Source of the DNA: a virus | IMG/VR virus record: IMGVR_UViG_3300010384_000001 | Direction: 5' to 3' (one strand) | DNA: 64,000 nucleotides | Shown here: piece by piece, positions 46,994 through 54,875 of the stretch | Layout: each line of letters opens with the position of its first letter | How positions within the stretch are numbered: position 1 is the stretch's first letter | Made by a program: the position numbers and the translations under genes | The notes under the pieces: generated by a model | The model's input: the letters and a program-made list of their open reading frames with translations, nothing else | The model's database searches: none | What the model was told of the DNA's origin: nothing

Positions 46994-47365
46994 ATGAAAA
47001 ACTTCACTTCTAAGACTCTGATCATTCAACGTGAAAATGGCACCTGCATTCGTATCCTCCCTGAAACTGAACAACCTAAGGTAGAATACAAGGAAGCCAC
47101 AGCTCGTGGTACTTTGAATGGTATTGAAGTGTATGCGCCTAGTGGTAAGCGTGTAAATTTCGGTTCGATCAAGTTAGACCGAAAAGATGCTCCATTCATT
47201 GTCACCAAAGAAGTGTTTGACGCTCTGCCTGATTCTGCAATTGAATTCGTTACACCGGATTCAACCCGACAGCAGCTAAGGTGGATGGGCGTTAATGAAC
47301 CCGTAGTACATCGTCTCATCAGTAAACCTGATCTAGACATCATTCCCTTCGTGGAATCTCAATAA
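46994..47365 (+). CDS. Hypothetical protein
   Basis: 123-aa ORF, the first gene after the boundary region. Confidence 0.65.
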   Translation: MKNFTSKTLIIQRENGTCIRILPETEQPKVEYKEATARGTLNGIEVYAPSGKRVNFGSIKLDRKDAPFIVTKEVFDALPDSAIEFVTPDSTRQQLRWMGVNEPVVHRLISKPDLDIIPFVESQ

Positions 47366-47394
47366 CAACCAATATTCAAACAAAAGGAAAAATC

Positions 47395-47895
47395 ATGCTG
47401 AACAAACTCTTTAATAAAGGTAAGACCAAGATTACCGTTCGTGTCGTGTTTCGTGAAGACGCTGCCACTATTGGCGAACATGGTTCGATCTTTGCTGATC
47501 ACAAGCAGAAGGGCCTGGTCAACGAATCGATTCCCTTCGCTTTCGTAGGCGTGTCTGAAATTCCCGCTCTCGATCCGGATGTCCTGGCTCACATCTTCGA
47601 AGAAGCTCGCGCTGTTGGTTACATTCCGCGTTCGCTGCGTTCTTACGCTACGGTGATGACAGTCAAGCCTGCTCCGATCATGACGTTCGATTCGCCACGA
47701 CCTGATCCGCAGCGATTCCGTGATCAAGCACGCTCTGCATCCAAAGACATGAGTAAGCAACACGCTGCTGCTCGTCAAGCTTCGGCGCGACGTGCTGCGG
47801 CTGATCCGGAAACCGGCCATAAGGTGATCGGTACGACGCATCATACGCCGCGTGTCGTTAACAGTGACGCCGCTGACAATTCCACTCGTCATTAA
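47395..47895 (+). CDS. Hypothetical protein (basic, disordered-looking C-terminus)
   Basis: 166 aa with an AAAGGAAA SD. It shares a D/RP(D/E)V(L/I).(H/D)(I/V)F(E/K)...(V/M)GY(I/L)P segment with the next gene. Confidence 0.7.
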   Translation: MLNKLFNKGKTKITVRVVFREDAATIGEHGSIFADHKQKGLVNESIPFAFVGVSEIPALDPDVLAHIFEEARAVGYIPRSLRSYATVMTVKPAPIMTFDSPRPDPQRFRDQARSASKDMSKQHAAARQASARRAAADPETGHKVIGTTHHTPRVVNSDAADNSTRH

Positions 47896-47905
47896 GGATA
47901 AAGCC

Positions 47906-48235
47906 ATGTTCCCAATCTTCCCTGAACCCGAAGTGCGTGTCGGCCTTAATCCCAACATCACGCTGGAAACTGAATGGAACACGGTGGCAATTGCACAGCA
48001 ACATGGTTTGGTAAGTGTGCGTTCTTATGTGACGGGCGATCGCATGAACTTTGGTTTGGTAGTTGACAAACCCAAGCATTTGATTAATCCGCGGCCTGAA
48101 GTCATCCATGATGTTTTCAAGCAAGTAGAAAAGATGGGTTACCTCCCTATCTCGGTAGATATCCGTGTCGGTCCTCGCCGTCGCGTTTATGAACCAGGTA
48201 AAGATCAGCCTATTTTGGATCAGCGCCAGAAATGA
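47906..48235 (+). CDS. Hypothetical protein (paralogous segment with the previous gene)
   Basis: The ORF opens at 47852. ATG 47906 follows TAAGGATAAAGCC, just after the previous stop. Confidence 0.65.
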   Translation: MFPIFPEPEVRVGLNPNITLETEWNTVAIAQQHGLVSVRSYVTGDRMNFGLVVDKPKHLINPRPEVIHDVFKQVEKMGYLPISVDIRVGPRRRVYEPGKDQPILDQRQK

Positions 48236-48245
48236 CATCATAAAA

Positions 48246-48271
48246 GCCACCATCCCGAAAGGGGTGGTGGC
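48246..48271 (+). terminator. Intrinsic terminator
   Basis: Stem GCCACCATCCC / GGGGTGGTGGC (one mismatch) with a GAAA loop, followed by a T-rich tract. Confidence 0.75.
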
Positions 48272-48305
48272 ATTCTCTTATACTCTTTATTTTTTTGTTG
48301 CCAAA

Positions 48306-49016
48306 ATGAATCATTTACATCCAGGAAAGTTCATAACCCTAGAGGGTCCAGATTGCAGTGGTAAGTCTAGCAATGTTCCAGTGCTCGCAGAAGCGATTCG
48401 TTCCTTGGGTTACGAGGTGGTGATTACTCGAGAACCAGGCGGAACTGAATTGGCTGAAAAGATTCGTAATCTTATCTTGCATAACGAGATGGATGGTACA
48501 ACTGAAATCATGTTGTTCTTGGCAGCCCGCCGTCATCATGTGCAAACCAAAATTCTTCCTGCATTAAAAGAAGGTAAGTTTGTTATCAGTGATCGTTTCT
48601 ACGATTCCACGTATGCCTACCAAGGTCATGCACGTGGTCTCAGTAAAGATTTAGATGATCTGCATGAGTTTGTATCGGGTGGTATTATTCCAGACTACAC
48701 ACTGTTCTTTGATTTGTCATTTGAAGAAAGCGTTAAGCGCTTAGCACTTCGTACCGATAAGCAAGATCGCCTAGATAAAGAAGAAGAAAACTTTCGCCGA
48801 TTAGTTCATGAGGGTTATCAAAAGCGTCTGAAACCGTATCACGCAGACACTATTGTAAGCACTATTCCCGAAGCCGATCTACATGATGCGATGACGGTTA
48901 GTAATGATAAAACGTTCCGCTTTATCTATACCGTTGATGCGAACTGCACTCCAGAGAAAGTTGCAGATCAAGTTAAGGGTTGGGTGTATTTTACTTTCCC
49001 CCAAGTGACTAAATAA
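48306..49016 (+). CDS. tmk: Thymidylate (dTMP) kinase
   Basis: ATG 48306 begins MNHLHPGKFITLEGPDCSGKSS (P-loop). TREPGGT and DRFYDSTYAYQG signatures are present. The upstream part of the 48165 ORF spans the terminator and is not coding. Confidence 0.9.
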   Translation: MNHLHPGKFITLEGPDCSGKSSNVPVLAEAIRSLGYEVVITREPGGTELAEKIRNLILHNEMDGTTEIMLFLAARRHHVQTKILPALKEGKFVISDRFYDSTYAYQGHARGLSKDLDDLHEFVSGGIIPDYTLFFDLSFEESVKRLALRTDKQDRLDKEEENFRRLVHEGYQKRLKPYHADTIVSTIPEADLHDAMTVSNDKTFRFIYTVDANCTPEKVADQVKGWVYFTFPQVTK

Positions 49017-49027
49017 AACATACAGAC

Positions 49028-49207
49028 ATGGCCTTTAAAGAGTTTATCGTGCAGGTCCTAGCTTTTGCATTTGCATTGACTGGGTTCTTCGGTTTCCTGG
49101 ATATGATTAACATCATCCGACTTTCAGCTAAATCATACTTCGTTGTGTGGAGTATTTGTATTCTATCATTTATTTGTTCCATTGCTTTATCATGGCCACG
49201 GAAATAG
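49028..49207 (+). CDS. Small two-TM membrane protein (59 aa; below the ORF-track cut-off)
   Basis: Translated by hand as MAFKEFIVQVLAFAFALTGFFGFLDMINIIRLSAKSYFVVWSICILSFICSIALSWPRK, ending at TAG 49205-49207. It is co-directional with its neighbours and competes with the antisense ORF at 49009-49302. Confidence 0.5.
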   Translation: MAFKEFIVQVLAFAFALTGFFGFLDMINIIRLSAKSYFVVWSICILSFICSIALSWPRK

Positions 49208-49251
49208 TCGTGAACACTTGATCGTTGTATCAGAGTGGAAAGGTAACTAAC

Positions 49252-49551
49252 GTGACAGGCGCTACCGCAGTCTTTATTGCTGTCAACGCAATGCAACAAC
49301 AACGACAGCTAGACGAAGCTATCAGAAAATCAAAAGAACAAAAACACACAACGATTATTCTACCCGTTACTGAGATCCAAACAACAACTCAGACACCAGC
49401 TGTACATTCTGAAACGGAAGACATAATGAAACAAGTCTATAAAGACTACGTCATTATCATTATCGTTTTCGTCATCGCTCTCTACCTCATCACTAAGTTG
49501 GTATCATGGATTCCGAAGATAAAGAGTTCTTGGAAAAAGAAAAAGCATTAA
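49252..49551 (+). CDS. Small membrane protein (start uncertain)
   Basis: The ORF opens at TTG 49225. GTG 49252 follows GGAAAGG by 8 nt. There is a C-terminal TM VIIIIVFVIALYLITKLV and a K-rich tail. Confidence 0.45.
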   Translation: MTGATAVFIAVNAMQQQRQLDEAIRKSKEQKHTTIILPVTEIQTTTQTPAVHSETEDIMKQVYKDYVIIIIVFVIALYLITKLVSWIPKIKSSWKKKKH

Positions 49552-49703
49552 AACAGAAGCATGAGAAGCGCATGGAATTTCTAGGAACGGTAGTTCTTCA
49601 GTTAATCTTCGGACTGATGGGTCTACCTTTCTTACTAACGATGTCGGATAAAAACATCGACCAACTAATATTCGTGTTGATGATGAGCACGATGAACCAC
49701 TAG
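49506..49703 (+). CDS. Small membrane protein
   Basis: 65 aa with a charged N-terminus and a TM (VVLQLIFGLMGLPFLL). It overlaps the previous ORF by 46 nt, and an internal ATG at 49572 is an alternative start. Confidence 0.45.
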   Translation: MDSEDKEFLEKEKALKQKHEKRMEFLGTVVLQLIFGLMGLPFLLTMSDKNIDQLIFVLMMSTMNH

Positions 49704-49704
49704 G

Positions 49705-50193
49705 ATGAACATGGGAGAGTCTTATTACTGGTTGCCATTGGGTCTTATGATGGCTGGTATGTTTACCTATTCTTACGTTAAGTTACTCAACACAACAAAG
49801 AAAAAAGAAGAAGTTATTGATGTTGAAAAAGAAGAATGTAAAAGCGCTTATGAAATCGCAAAGAAGCTAGGCTTTTCAGGTACAAAGGAGGAATGGCTAG
49901 AATCTTTAACTTCAGGACAAAGAGACAAACTAATGATGTCAGATTGTCACTGGTTAGACAACTATCCTAAGTATGTTTCGATTCAATCTTCTTCGGATGC
50001 TAGTTGTAACACACTTACTCCTAAACTAGACCCACTATATCCTAACCCTAATGAAACTTTCGAAGAATGGGAAACTAGATCGATTATTAGAGGTTTAGAG
50101 ATCGAGCGAGCTAGGGTGACTAAGAAAGCAATTCGAGAACATCAAAAACGTCGAATGGGTTTTAGAAAAGCTAGAAAACTGAAAGGATACTAA
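49705..50193 (+). CDS. Membrane-anchored protein carrying a single fibre-type SAYE motif
   Basis: 162 aa with an N-terminal TM YYWLPLGLMMAGMFTYSYV. CKSAYEIAKKLGFSGTKEEWLESLTSG is identical in pattern to the repeats of fibre 37289-40786. Confidence 0.7.
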   Translation: MNMGESYYWLPLGLMMAGMFTYSYVKLLNTTKKKEEVIDVEKEECKSAYEIAKKLGFSGTKEEWLESLTSGQRDKLMMSDCHWLDNYPKYVSIQSSSDASCNTLTPKLDPLYPNPNETFEEWETRSIIRGLEIERARVTKKAIREHQKRRMGFRKARKLKGY

Positions 50194-50194
50194 A

Positions 50195-50599
50195 ATGGGT
50201 AATGAAATTCGCGATATCGAAATTGATAAGCTCAAACAACTAGCTTCGCATCCGGCGTTAGAAGGTGATTGGGTCACTGTCGAAGAGGCTCGTCAAAACG
50301 CTGTACCTGCTGGCTACGATGAATACATAGCCTACGTCAGTCCAGAGCGTGTATTGGCTCTTATTGATCGTCTAGAGAATGCTGAGAATGACAATGACGA
50401 ATTGCGTTCTCAACTAGACGGCATTGAAGTTATTGAAGAAGGTCCGACTAGCTGGCCAGACGCTACTCTCGCAATCCTTTGCGGTCCATTTGGTTGGTTA
50501 ATTGGTTTTGCCTTACTCTATTTCGTGCTTAATTTAGCCGATGTAGTAAAGAGCTTTAACGTACAACCCTGCAAGATTGTCGCAACTCAGACTAAGTAA
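50195..50599 (+). CDS. Hypothetical protein with C-terminal TM (ead/Ea22-like segment?)
   Basis: 134 aa with an AAAGGA SD. SPERVLALIDRLENAENDNDELRSQL resembles ead/Ea22-type phage proteins. The C-terminal TM is LAILCGPFGWLIGFALLYFVL. Confidence 0.65.
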   Translation: MGNEIRDIEIDKLKQLASHPALEGDWVTVEEARQNAVPAGYDEYIAYVSPERVLALIDRLENAENDNDELRSQLDGIEVIEEGPTSWPDATLAILCGPFGWLIGFALLYFVLNLADVVKSFNVQPCKIVATQTK

Positions 50600-50605
50600 C
50601 TAACT

Positions 50606-51136
50606 ATGTTTACTGTTAAACTTACCGAGTTCCTTGCTTTACCCATAGGTACGATTTACACCCGCTCTGATCCGAATTCTCGTCCTAGTTTAGATACGAC
50701 CGCCGGAATGTGTATCAAAGGGAAGACGATTGATTACAGTTGGGAATACGAACCCATGTGGGGTGATCTCAGAGAAATCATTCGTGAAGTAGAACAGCAC
50801 AAAAGACCTTACAAAATCAGCACTGCTCCAGATATTGCTATCGATACCTGCCATTTAGATGATGATCCGAATGGCGAAGGTATCGTCTTTTTGATTTGGG
50901 AATGGTACGATATCGAAAGGTTGATGAAGAAGCTACAACTTCTGTTCCCATTTCAACATCAGCAATTCATGATGAGCTTCCCACAGTGTACTCTTGTTGA
51001 TCGTCAATATGCTCCGTTAAATGCGGATAATCTTAGCTTTGCAACTAAAACCACCATGCCTATCTTTGATACCATCAGCTATACCAAAGAAGGCAATACA
51101 GTTACCGTCAACGTTAAAACGCATCAAGTTAAATAA
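50606..51136 (+). CDS. Hypothetical protein
   Basis: 176-aa ORF, tightly packed (the next start is 3 nt after its stop). Confidence 0.7.
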   Translation: MFTVKLTEFLALPIGTIYTRSDPNSRPSLDTTAGMCIKGKTIDYSWEYEPMWGDLREIIREVEQHKRPYKISTAPDIAIDTCHLDDDPNGEGIVFLIWEWYDIERLMKKLQLLFPFQHQQFMMSFPQCTLVDRQYAPLNADNLSFATKTTMPIFDTISYTKEGNTVTVNVKTHQVK

Positions 51137-51138
51137 CC

Positions 51139-52290
51139 ATGAAAAATATTCGCATTGCTCGTTATCCAGCCGGAACCTCGTGCGTCGAGAACGGTCATCT
51201 TCTTCAACAGCAACTGAAACATCTGTTTGAAAACTGCATCATTGATGCGGATACGGGAGCCACCAAGACCAACCGCTTGTTCTTGACATTGCATCCTAAC
51301 TCATCGACGTTAGCAAACGACGTCTTGACGATGTGGATGAATTCGCTGACAATCAACTATGCTACGAAAGAAGATATCAGCGAAACTTTCAAAGCAGCCG
51401 GAACAGATGTGTCGAAAGAACACATCACTTCGGTTAGTATTACTATTGACAACGTTCTATACGAAGATCTGCTGCCGGTCACGAACATTCCAGACAACCA
51501 TGTAATCCAGTTTACCTTCAGCAAGAAGATCAAGAATAATGCCGACTATCAGTATCTGAATCTGATGCGTGATATTCTTGCTAATGGCACTGTGAAGACG
51601 GATCGCACAGGCACCGGCACGACTTCTGTGTTTGGTCGCCAGATGCGTTTCGATTTGAACGAAGGCATTCCTCTTTTGACTACGAAGAAGGTGCATCTCA
51701 AATCTATTGTCCATGAGCTGATCTGGTTCCTGGCAGGCGATACCAATGTTAAGTATCTGCAAGATAACGGTGTAACCATCTGGGATGAGTGGGCTGATAA
51801 GAATGGTGAACTCGGTCCCGTATACGGTGCACAATGGCGTAAGTGGCATGATGTCCAAATCCTTCATCCTGAACGTCATGCTGAAGAAATTAAAATCTTC
51901 AAAAAGCAAGGCTATCTTCCTACTGGTTCTGCACGTCGTGATCTAGTTCCGGGTGAATACATGATGTTGGAGAAATTCATCGACCAGATCGAAGAGGTCA
52001 TGAATACTCTCAAGAATAATCCTGATTCGCGTCGCATTATCGTTTCGGCTTGGAACGTGGCTGAACTACCGCTGATGAAGCTGGCTCCTTGCCATTCACT
52101 GTTTCAATTCTACGTAACTGATTTGACTGTAACTGAACGAGCCGAAATGTCTACGAGCCGCGAACATCATCGTTTTAAAGACACGATGTGGTTCCAAGGG
52201 ATGGCTAATGGTAATCGGGAAAAGTACCACGCTATTTTCGATGAAGAAGATATTCCGCGGCAGCGTTTGTCTTGCCAGTTGTACCAGCGT
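51139..52290 (+). CDS. thyA: Thymidylate synthase, exon 1 (with ~135-aa N-terminal extension)
   Basis: From aa ~137 it reads [30 protein letters not shown]..., then [41 protein letters not shown] and LSCQLYQR. The frame then derails into SLN-stop. Confidence 0.9.
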
Positions 52291-53406
52291 TCGCTTAACT
52301 GAGCGCCTCTTAGGAGTGATCCTAAGAGCAAATCTCTCTAAAACGGGAACCTCTCAGAAATGAGACAATCCGTTGCTAAACGGTAAGTAACAAACATTGA
52401 ATGGTAGTCCTAGTAATATACTATGTCTTTATTACGAAAGCATGACATGGAATTTACAGGAGTATACATTCTAACCAACCCAAGAACTGGTGAGTTCTAT
52501 GTTGGTAGTTCTCAGAACATCAAAAAACGAATTGAACGACACATTCGTGAATTGAACCAAGGCATTCATCATTGCTCTAAGTTTCAAGCAGCTTGGAAGA
52601 AAGATCCATATTTCCAAGTAACGATATTCCCAACAGAAACAAGGGAAGACGCTTACGAGTTAGAACAAGAATTACTCGATCGTTACTCAGCCACAAAACT
52701 GTTACTCAATGTACTCCTTGTTGCTAAGGGAGGCGGTGATACACTTACGCGAGATCCTAAACGTGAGGAACGTATCGCTAGAATCAAACAGACATTAATT
52801 AACAGAATGCATGAGTTAACGAAAGAGGAGAAGAGATTACTCTTCGGAAGACCAGGTTCAAAAAATGGCATGTGGGGCCGAATCCACACTGATGAAGTTA
52901 AGAAGCGTATTTCTGAAGTACACAAAGGAAACACGTATAACTTAGGTGCAGTATTTAGCGCTGAACATCGTCGCAAGATCTCTGAGAATGCATCAAAACG
53001 AGTAGGTGAATTAAATCCGTTCTACGGAAAGGTTCATAGCGAAGAAACTAGGAAACGACTATCTGAACTTGGTAAAGCCAGAGATACGTTACCTGCTAAT
53101 TCTCGTAAAGTTAAAGTTGACAATAAAGTCTACGAATCACTGACTGAAGCTTCTCGTCAACTAAACATTTCACCAGCCCTGATGGTTTATCGAATCAATA
53201 GCAGTAAAGATAAATATTCGGGTTACAGTTATCTTACCGAAATGCCCAACGACTAGCCTTTAAGGCGTAGGCTCCAAGTGGAGTCGAAACGGGAGAGGTC
53301 TCGGAAATGAGATCGTGATATAGTCTGCTCTGCATGGCGACATGCAGCAGTTAGGAATTGAAGAAACCTAACGGGAATAGTCTAACGAACTATTCTGAAC
53401 ACAATG
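52291..53406 (+). mobile_element. Group I intron (T4 td-like, subgroup IA2-type) carrying a homing endonuclease gene
   Basis: The 5' exon ends in U (52290) and the intron ends in G (53406). There is a P1 pairing GCGU/GCGC and a P2 hairpin at 52307-52328. The core segments strongly resemble the T4 td intron as I remember it. Joining the exons restores ...[14 protein letters not shown]... in frame. Confidence 0.85.
52423..53256 (+). CDS. GIY-YIG homing endonuclease (I-TevI-like) encoded within the intron
   Basis: GVYILTNPRTGEFYVGSSQNIKKRIERH carries GIY...YVG and the conserved R. There are NUMOD3-like repeats (GMWGRIHTDEVKKRISE, NPFYGKVHSEETRKRLSE) and a C-terminal HTH-like YESLTEASRQLNISPALMVYRI. 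Confidence 0.9.
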   Translation: MSLLRKHDMEFTGVYILTNPRTGEFYVGSSQNIKKRIERHIRELNQGIHHCSKFQAAWKKDPYFQVTIFPTETREDAYELEQELLDRYSATKLLLNVLLVAKGGGDTLTRDPKREERIARIKQTLINRMHELTKEEKRLLFGRPGSKNGMWGRIHTDEVKKRISEVHKGNTYNLGAVFSAEHRRKISENASKRVGELNPFYGKVHSEETRKRLSELGKARDTLPANSRKVKVDNKVYESLTEASRQLNISPALMVYRINSSKDKYSGYSYLTEMPND

Positions 53407-53703
53407 TCAGCCGACGTCTTCCTCGGTGTGCCGTTCAATATCGCTTCGTATGCAATCCTGACGCACATGTTTGCTCAACAGCTTAATATGGCTGTCGGTG
53501 ACTTTGTTTGGACTGGTGGTGATGTTCATCTGTACTCGAACCACATGCAACAAGTTGAGACCCAGCTGCAGCGCACCTGGCGCGAACTGCCTAAACTGAA
53601 GTTTACCCGTAAACCAGCTTCAATTTACGATTACAAGTTTGAAGACTTCGAAATCGTAGGTTACGATCCTCATCCAGGCATCAAAGCTCCTGTGGCGGTG
53701 TGA
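53407..53703 (+). CDS. thyA: Thymidylate synthase, exon 2
   Basis: [21 protein letters not shown]...[15 protein letters not shown]...[14 protein letters not shown] is nearly identical in pattern to the E. coli ThyA C-terminus. Confidence 0.9.
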   Translation, partial: SADVFLGVPFNIASYAILTHMFAQQLNMAVGDFVWTGGDVHLYSNHMQQVETQLQRTWRELPKLKFTRKPASIYDYKFEDFEIVGYDPHPGIKAPVAV

Positions 53704-53704
53704 T

Positions 53705-53956
53705 ATGAAGAAAGTACTTGGTAATCCTCTCTTGATAGCTATACTTGTTTTTCTTTGGCTAATAAAGCATGAAGAAGATGGTAAGCCTGTTCCTAACCAC
53801 AATGTGTGGATAATGGAAGGCGAAAGTCAGCCTGAGCGAATCACTGTAATGGAGGAAGTGTTCCAATGGTTCGATAACTTATCGTTCGCTCAATCATTAG
53901 GAATCTGTCTTGCCGTTTCGATTGTAGTTTCTTTGGTATTTCATTATAAAACATGA
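53705..53956 (+). CDS. Small membrane protein (2 TM)
   Basis: 83 aa, starting 2 nt after the thyA stop. The TMs are LLIAILVFLWLI and LGICLAVSIVVSLVF. Confidence 0.65.
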   Translation: MKKVLGNPLLIAILVFLWLIKHEEDGKPVPNHNVWIMEGESQPERITVMEEVFQWFDNLSFAQSLGICLAVSIVVSLVFHYKT

Positions 53957-54279
53957 GCACCCCACTGTCGTCATTAAAGAAACATAGCGATTATGTCAAG
54001 CAAAAGCCTCTTCTACTTTTAGCTTGCATTACAGTTCTAGCAATAGTTATTGCTTCATTAGTGACAGTGTATTTCACTGCCGCAAAGAAGAATGATCCGA
54101 CTGCTGTATCAGAACAGAGAATGCTGACCTATGCAGTCCTTAATGACTGCTCCCGCACTAAGTTAGAGGGTGTGATCTGGTGGCATTGTTCAAATGGCTG
54201 GTGGGAAGAGCTTGAACTCTACAATCTGGCTAACGGCAAGTACCATGTAGATGGCGCTGGATCTAAGGAGCAAACATGA
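53953..54279 (+). CDS. Single-pass membrane protein with Cys/Trp-rich ectodomain
   Basis: 108 aa with an ATGA overlap. The TM is LLLLACITVLAIVIASLVTVYF and the ectodomain contains C...WWHCSNGWW. Confidence 0.65.
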   Translation: MSTPLSSLKKHSDYVKQKPLLLLACITVLAIVIASLVTVYFTAAKKNDPTAVSEQRMLTYAVLNDCSRTKLEGVIWWHCSNGWWEELELYNLANGKYHVDGAGSKEQT

Positions 54280-54425
54280 CATTCTGGAAACAGATGTACA
54301 ATAATTGCAAGAGCATTGCCTCTAATCTATTCTGGTTACTCTTTCTTTGGGTATTTGTTCTTGTGTGGTGTTTAGATTCTTTTATAAAGAAAAGGAAGAA
54401 ACATGGATCTACCGCAACTAGTTAA
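54276..54425 (+). CDS. Small membrane protein (49 aa; below the ORF-track cut-off)
   Basis: Translated by hand as MTFWKQMYNNCKSIASNLFWLLFLWVFVLVWCLDSFIKKRKKHGSTATS. It has an ATGA overlap with the previous gene. Confidence 0.45.
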   Translation: MTFWKQMYNNCKSIASNLFWLLFLWVFVLVWCLDSFIKKRKKHGSTATS

Positions 54426-54588
54426 CGCTACTGATATCAGATACACTCTCACGAGTGCTCTTCTACCGAACGATCACTGGGCGCCAATGCGCGGTATTCG
54501 TCCGCAGTGGTTTGCTTTGCGTTTTCGTTTTAAGCTTGCTTGGATGGTTTTCACGGGTAAAGCTGATGCAGTTATTTGGGATGCTTAA
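54403..54588 (+). CDS. Hypothetical small protein
   Basis: 61 aa with an AAAGGAAGAAAC SD. Confidence 0.55.
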   Translation: MDLPQLVNATDIRYTLTSALLPNDHWAPMRGIRPQWFALRFRFKLAWMVFTGKADAVIWDA

Positions 54589-54602
54589 CTAAGGATACGT
54601 AC

Positions 54603-54875
54603 ATGTCGAAATGTCACTGCAGCTGTGAAGAGGTCACCCTGGCTGAAGCACTCATCAGCTTAGTGCTGATAGGGATTGTTATTGGTGCTATGATTTATTG
54701 GGATAAGAAGTCAAATGAACTTACGCCAGCAGATCACAAGTACCTGCAAGATCACAAGTGTGTGAGGAGTGGTTTTGCTGGTCGTAACGCAGAACCTACT
54801 TACCAGTGCGATAATGGTGTTTGGTTGCGTGGTGAGATTAAGAAGAAGAGTAAGAAAGATTCTTCCGATGAGTAA
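54603..54875 (+). CDS. Single-pass membrane protein, Cys-motif paralog A
   Basis: The ORF opens at TTG 54576. ATG 54603 follows TAAGGA by 7 nt. The TM is LISLVLIGIVIGAMIY and the motif is HKCVRSGFAGRNAEPTYQCDNGVWLRGEI. Confidence 0.65.
   Translation: MSKCHCSCEEVTLAEALISLVLIGIVIGAMIYWDKKSNELTPADHKYLQDHKCVRSGFAGRNAEPTYQCDNGVWLRGEIKKKSKKDSSDE

Noticed and set aside
47359-47982. 207-aa minus-strand ORF overlapping three plus-strand genes.
   Set aside because: It crosses two intergenic SD/start regions of co-directional plus-strand genes, and its composition is Ser/Arg-rich.
48165-48305. The N-terminal 47 codons of the 283-aa ORF as part of thymidylate kinase.
   Set aside because: This part overlaps the previous gene's end and runs through the terminator hairpin. 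The kinase P-loop begins right after ATG 48306.
49009-49302. 97-aa minus-strand ORF between tmk and the small membrane genes.
   Set aside because: It is the only minus-strand candidate in a 17-kb plus-strand block. A co-directional 59-aa two-TM ORF (49028-49207) explains the region better. Neither is proven.
51139-53703. Reading thyA as a frameshifted or truncated pseudogene, or as two independent split-gene products.
   Set aside because: The interruption has exact group I intron boundaries (U|...G|), a td-like core and a homing endonuclease ORF. The exons join in phase to restore the conserved active-site region.
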